From an uncultured Flavobacteriaceae bacterium (GTDB lineage: Bacteria > Bacteroidota > Bacteroidia > Flavobacteriales > Flavobacteriaceae), in contig CALJFB010000004.1 of NCBI GenBank assembly GCA_938073895.1, forward strand, positions 23,534-87,533: DNA of 64,000 bases, read 5' to 3'. Shown here in pieces: positions 59,875 through 64,000 of the stretch. Both the position numbers and the translations under genes were made by a program. How positions within the stretch are numbered: the stretch's first letter is position 1; each line of letters opens with the position of its first letter. The notes under the pieces were generated by a model that had not been told where the DNA came from, searched no databases, and saw only the letters and a list, made by a program, of their open reading frames with translations.

Positions 59875-59881
59875 AATATTT

Positions 59882-60613
59882 TTATTCTACTTTATAAACC
59901 AACTTCATTGTAATTGAAGCTGTTTTTTCTCTTGAACTAGTGTTAAAAGTTCCTCCCCACGAATAATCTTCCTTTGAATTTTGTCCAGTAATTTGAAATA
60001 CTCCCATTTTAGCAGATTCTAATTTACCCAATTTTCCACCTGAAAACTCTGAAATTTTTTCTGCTCGTATTCTGGCATCTTCTGTAGCTTTAGAAATCAT
60101 TTCAATTTTGAGATCAGCCAATTTTGTATAATAATACCTAGGTGAGTCTGAATAAAACTGAACACCTTTATTCAATAATTCAGTAATTTCTCTAGATACT
60201 TTCTCAATTTTATCCACGTTTTCAGATTCAATTTGGACAGATTGGGTTAATTCATAACCTACAAACTCGTCTCCAATATAATTTCCATCTGATGAGTAAA
60301 TCTGTTTGTTTTTTTGATTTGTACTGACAGCACTATAAATAAGTTGTTCAATATTAATTCCTTTTTTTTCTATATATTCGTTTATAACGGATTTATTTTC
60401 TTCTAAAGTCAAATAGGCTTGTTTTAAGTCAATATTTTCAGCTCCAAACCTACCTTCCCAAACTATTAGGTCAGAAGAAAAATCTGCTTTACCTAATCCA
60501 GTTACTTGAATTTCGCCTTCAACCTTATTTCTATCTGTATATGCTTTTCCTAGGAAAATTGAAGATGCAACTATTGCAATTCCAAAAATTATTGAATTCG
60601 TATATTGTTTCAT
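59882..60613 (-). CDS. SIMPL (DUF541) domain protein, cassette cargo
   Basis: 243 aa; N-terminal TM, I.VTG.G, KIEMISKATEDAR.RAE.I, GKL...MGVFQIT; flanked by a perfect 13-bp inverted repeat. Confidence 0.85.
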   Translation of the reverse strand: MKQYTNSIIFGIAIVASSIFLGKAYTDRNKVEGEIQVTGLGKADFSSDLIVWEGRFGAENIDLKQAYLTLEENKSVINEYIEKKGINIEQLIYSAVSTNQKNKQIYSSDGNYIGDEFVGYELTQSVQIESENVDKIEKVSREITELLNKGVQFYSDSPRYYYTKLADLKIEMISKATEDARIRAEKISEFSGGKLGKLESAKMGVFQITGQNSKEDYSWGGTFNTSSREKTASITMKLVYKVE

Positions 60614-60636
60614 TATTTCTCTGTCTTTTTAATATT

Positions 60637-60689
60637 TGGTAACGGTTGTTGTAAAATGCGTTTTAATGTATTTTTACATAGTGTTATAG
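60637..60689 (-). repeat. attC-like site of the upstream cassette
   Basis: Minus strand CTATAAC-ACTA-TGTAAAAAT...ATTTTACA-ACAACC-GTTACCA; L-like arms differ by one unpaired base. Confidence 0.7.
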
Positions 60690-60702
60690 CCAGCTTTATT
60701 TT

Positions 60703-60974
60703 TCAATTCGCTATTCCTATTAGAAAAATCATCCCAATCATATAAAGTGGTATAAGTACAACTTGTGTCCAAAGGATGATTTTATATTTTTTTTCAGTTT
60801 TGGGTCTGCCTCTTCTCTAATTACTCTTCTAAACTCGATCAGTTCTCTTGGTGTCAGCCAGAAATATGATACTTTTTCACCCTTACTTTCCATTATTCTG
60901 AGCATTTTATACCAAAGCATCAATCCTGTTATTCCTCAGATTAGAAAGTATACGAATGGAAGTATTGGAAACAT
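60703..60974 (-). pseudogene. Decayed ~90-aa two-TM membrane protein gene (cassette cargo)
   Basis: ATG 60974; in-frame TGA at codon 13 (60938-60936); one extra A in the A8 run (60787-60794) restores ...LKKKYKIILWTQVVLIPLYMIGMIFLIGIAN* ending at 60703. Confidence 0.7.
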
Positions 60975-61070
60975 TCTTTTATTTTAATTGGCTACAACGT
61001 TTAAAAAAAAACTTTAAAATAACTATTCTTAGAAAATAGGTCTCTACAGTAATTTAATAAAACCGTAAAA

Positions 61071-63221
61071 CTAATCTTTTATAGTTTCTGTAATTTTAAT
61101 AGCATAAGTGGTCTTTAAATCTTGTAACACATGAATAGCTTCTTCCACATATACATCTTGATTTAAATTCTTATGCCATCTATTACGTTTTTCTTTTAAA
61201 ATAGTGTCTTGCTCAAATAACGCTTTTTCGTAAGGCAAAGAATTAAACACTAAATCTGTTTTATACTTAGATATAGAATCAAATTGTTTTGCTTCTTTTT
61301 CGTTTTGATCTAATTCTGCTTTGTACGTTTTATAGTTTAATGCATATTCTTTTTTATCCATTTTAGTTTTTGCCCATTTAGCATTAGCTTCAATTAAGCG
61401 TAATTGTTGATTTGCTTTCATACGTTCTTTACTACTTGCAATGGTTTTATCGTAATCAAAATAACGATTCCATTCTTGATACTTGGCAGGTTCAATTTTA
61501 TCCCAAGCTAATGGATTTTCTTGATCTCTTTCACCTATATCAATATAACTGTAACGATCCGGCACAACAACATCGCTGGTTACACCTTTTAACTGTGTAG
61601 ATCCGCCATTAATTCTGTAAAACTTTTGACGTGTTAATTTTAATGCGCCTAAATCTGTATGAGAACTACTTCTAACCATACGGTTTAAATCTAATACATT
61701 TTGAACTGTTCCTTTTCCATACGTTTGCTGACTTCCAATAATAATAGCACGTTTATAATCTTGCATTGCAGCAGCTAAAATTTCGCTAGCCGACGCAGAT
61801 AATTCGTTTACCATAATTACTAATGGTCCATCCCAAACAATAGATTTATCTGTATCCTCCAAAACCTCTTGCGTTTCTCCTGCAGAACGCACTTGTACAA
61901 TTGGGCCATCTTTAATAAAAAGACCTGCCATATCTACAACAGTTTTTAAAGATCCACCACCATTATCTCTAAGGTCTAACACTAAACCTTCAATACCTTC
62001 TTCTTTTAAACGCTCAATTTCTTGTCGAATATCTGATGCCGCATTTCTATTCTTATAATCTGTAAAATCAATATAAAAACGTGGTAAATTTATAATACCA
62101 AATTTTTTATTTTCCTTTTCTACAATAGAAGATTTTGCATAGGTTTCTTCCAACTCTACAACATCTCTTACAATAGTAATATCTTCTACAGAACCGTCTA
62201 CTTTTCTAACGGTTAAAATAACTTTGGAATCTTTTGGGCCTTTTATTAATTTAATAGCATCGTCTATACGCATACCAACAACACTAACGGCAATTTTTTC
62301 TTTTTGTTGGCGTACTTTTAGAATAACATCTTCAACTTCTAATTCTTCGCCTCTCCAAGCTGGTCCACCAGAAACTAGAGAAATAATTTTTATATTATCG
62401 TTTTTCTTTTGAAGTCTTGCACCAATTCCTTCTAATTTACCAGACATTTGTTGGTCAAATTTCTCTTTCTCTTTTGGAGCTAAGTAAGATGTATGCGGAT
62501 CAAACTCTTCTACAATAACGTTTATATATACAGAAAACCAATCTTCGCGATCCATATCTTCTAAATAGTCGTTATAGTAAGAATCTAAAGAACTTAACGT
62601 TTCCTGTCTGGCTTTAGCTTCTAGTTCTTTAGAAGACATTGTTTTAACATCTGTAGTATTTTCTACTTTAAAATCTGGTTTGTTTTCTATTTTCTTTTGC
62701 TCTACCAAATCATCATAATTAGATAAAACGGTATATTTTAGTTGTTTTCTCCAACGTTCTTTTAATGCTTTTTTATTTTTTGGGAATTCTAATTTCTCAA
62801 AATCAGCATTGTAAAATTCGTCTTTAGAAAAATCAAAAGGTTTATCTAAGATGTCCTTAAAATAACTTTTAGCTTCTTGCTGGCGAATTAACATTTTCTC
62901 GTTAACTAGATTAAAAAACGAAATATCGTAAGCCTTAAGCTGATCGTCTATTTTTGTTTCAAAAGCTTTAAATTCTTTAATATCTTGCTTAATAAAGTAG
63001 CGTTTAAATGGATCTACAGCTTGTAAATAATCCGAATAAACTTCTTTAGAAAAATCGTCGTTAATATCTTTAGGCTCAAAGTGCAATTGCTCTAAAGCCA
63101 TAGTAATAATTTGGATTAATAATTTATCTTTATTGGGATCGTTGTCTACTTTAGATGTAAAGCTACAAGAGCCAAAAGCAAACAAGACTAAAAGTACTAA
63201 AACGCTATAATTCCTCTTCAT
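61071..63221 (-). CDS. prc: Carboxy-terminal processing (tail-specific) protease, S41 family lipoprotein
   Basis: 716 aa; lipobox FGSC; DPHTSY, GIGA, PDZ (GGPA), DLRDNGGGSL, SASASEI, TYGKGTVQ. Confidence 0.93.
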   Translation of the reverse strand: MKRNYSVLVLLVLFAFGSCSFTSKVDNDPNKDKLLIQIITMALEQLHFEPKDINDDFSKEVYSDYLQAVDPFKRYFIKQDIKEFKAFETKIDDQLKAYDISFFNLVNEKMLIRQQEAKSYFKDILDKPFDFSKDEFYNADFEKLEFPKNKKALKERWRKQLKYTVLSNYDDLVEQKKIENKPDFKVENTTDVKTMSSKELEAKARQETLSSLDSYYNDYLEDMDREDWFSVYINVIVEEFDPHTSYLAPKEKEKFDQQMSGKLEGIGARLQKKNDNIKIISLVSGGPAWRGEELEVEDVILKVRQQKEKIAVSVVGMRIDDAIKLIKGPKDSKVILTVRKVDGSVEDITIVRDVVELEETYAKSSIVEKENKKFGIINLPRFYIDFTDYKNRNAASDIRQEIERLKEEGIEGLVLDLRDNGGGSLKTVVDMAGLFIKDGPIVQVRSAGETQEVLEDTDKSIVWDGPLVIMVNELSASASEILAAAMQDYKRAIIIGSQQTYGKGTVQNVLDLNRMVRSSSHTDLGALKLTRQKFYRINGGSTQLKGVTSDVVVPDRYSYIDIGERDQENPLAWDKIEPAKYQEWNRYFDYDKTIASSKERMKANQQLRLIEANAKWAKTKMDKKEYALNYKTYKAELDQNEKEAKQFDSISKYKTDLVFNSLPYEKALFEQDTILKEKRNRWHKNLNQDVYVEEAIHVLQDLKTTYAIKITETIKD

Positions 63222-63339
63222 AAAATTGTTTATTGGGGTAATAATTTACTAAAGTAAAGAAAAAACTATGCCAATAAAATGAATTAACTCTAATTTTTTG
63301 TTAAACTCGGCTAAATGTGATAAAACTAACTAAAATATG

Positions 63340-63347
63340 TATTTTTG
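63340..63347 (+). promoter_or_regulatory. -7 promoter box for surE
   Basis: TATTTTTG-CAAC, 21 nt upstream of ATG 63369. Confidence 0.7.
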
Positions 63348-63368
63348 CAACAAACAATTCAGCTTTAA

Positions 63369-64000
63369 ATGTCTAAAAAACCTTTAATTTTAATAACAAA
63401 TGATGATGGCGTTACAGCTCCAGGAATAAAAGCCTTAATAGATGTAATGCTAACTATAGGCGATGTTGTGGTAGTTGCTCCAGATAGTCCGCAAAGCGGA
63501 ATGGGACATGCTATTACATTAAATTCTGTCCTACATTTAGATAATTTAACACAGAAAAAAGACAATTACAAAACCTACAGTTGCTCTGGGACACCAGCAG
63601 ATTGTGTAAAAATTGCTATTAACGAAGTTTTAAACAGAAAGCCAGATCTTTGTGTTTCTGGAGTAAATCACGGTTCTAATGCATCAATAAATGTAATTTA
63701 TTCTGGCACAATGAGTGCAGCTATAGAAGCTGGTATTGAAGGTATTCCTGCTATTGGATTTTCTTTATTAGATTACAATTGGAATGCCAATTTTGAACAT
63801 AGCAAACCTTACATTAAACAAATTGCGCAGCAGGTTTTGAATAATAAATTACCCGAAGGCATTGTTTTAAATGTTAATATTCCTAATTCTGATAAAAAAG
63901 AAATTAAAGGAATTAAAGTTTGCCGACAAGCTAAAGCCAATTGGAAAGAAAAATTTGACAAACGTAAAACACCACAAGGTAAAGATTACTATTGGCTTAC
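63369..64000 (+). CDS. surE: 5'/3'-nucleotidase SurE (truncated by window end, so absent from the ORF track)
   Basis: MSKKPLILITNDDGVTAPGI, APDSPQSGMGHAIT, SGTPADCVK, SGVNHGSNASINVIYSGTMSAA.EA, LNVNIP. Confidence 0.95.
   Translation, partial: MSKKPLILITNDDGVTAPGIKALIDVMLTIGDVVVVAPDSPQSGMGHAITLNSVLHLDNLTQKKDNYKTYSCSGTPADCVKIAINEVLNRKPDLCVSGVNHGSNASINVIYSGTMSAAIEAGIEGIPAIGFSLLDYNWNANFEHSKPYIKQIAQQVLNNKLPEGIVLNVNIPNSDKKEIKGIKVCRQAKANWKEKFDKRKTPQGKDYYWL

Larger units (their letters stand above)
59797..60998 (-). mobile_element. Integron-like array of two gene cassettes, no integrase in window (CALIN-like)
   Basis: Cassette A 60998-60644 and cassette B 60643-59797 (minus strand). Each starts at a GTT box, carries one promoterless ORF and ends in an attC-like hairpin whose R''-like box is complementary to the cassette's own start; AACGTT at both array ends. 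Confidence 0.72.

Noticed and set aside
60936-60938. In-frame TGA as recoding (Trp or selenocysteine)
   Set aside because: The gene also has a frameshift, no SECIS-like hairpin follows, and TGA serves as a normal stop at 60705-60703; pseudogenisation is simpler.

Overview
AT-rich chromosomal segment of a marine-type Flavobacteriaceae (Bacteroidota). This is inferred from Na+-NQR, T9SS plug and cargo genes, a GLPGLI protein, the short Bacteroidota primary sigma factor and many TAnnTTTG -7 boxes. Most of the window is housekeeping: nqrA/B, pruA, tRNA-Tyr, pdhB, etfBA, nupC-thyA-folA, fabD-lspA, galE/DegT/waaA, rpoD-rpe, the dcw cluster mraZ to ftsZ, engB, prc and surE. The most striking non-housekeeping feature is a 1,202-bp insertion (59797-60998) between prc and an ABC permease. 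It has the architecture of a two-cassette integron-like array with no integrase in the window: two promoterless genes (an intact SIMPL/DUF541 gene and a decayed small membrane-protein gene), each followed by an attC-like hairpin. Each cassette's 3' R''-like box is complementary to its own 5' GTT box (13/13 and 9/10 nt), and the insertion is bounded by an AACGTT repeat. Also noted: two Flavo-1-like structured intergenic elements, a 2TM-DHFR fusion, MraZ boxes, candidate leaderless transcripts and several candidate regulatory motifs. All family assignments come from reading the sequence and recalling motifs; no searches were run.
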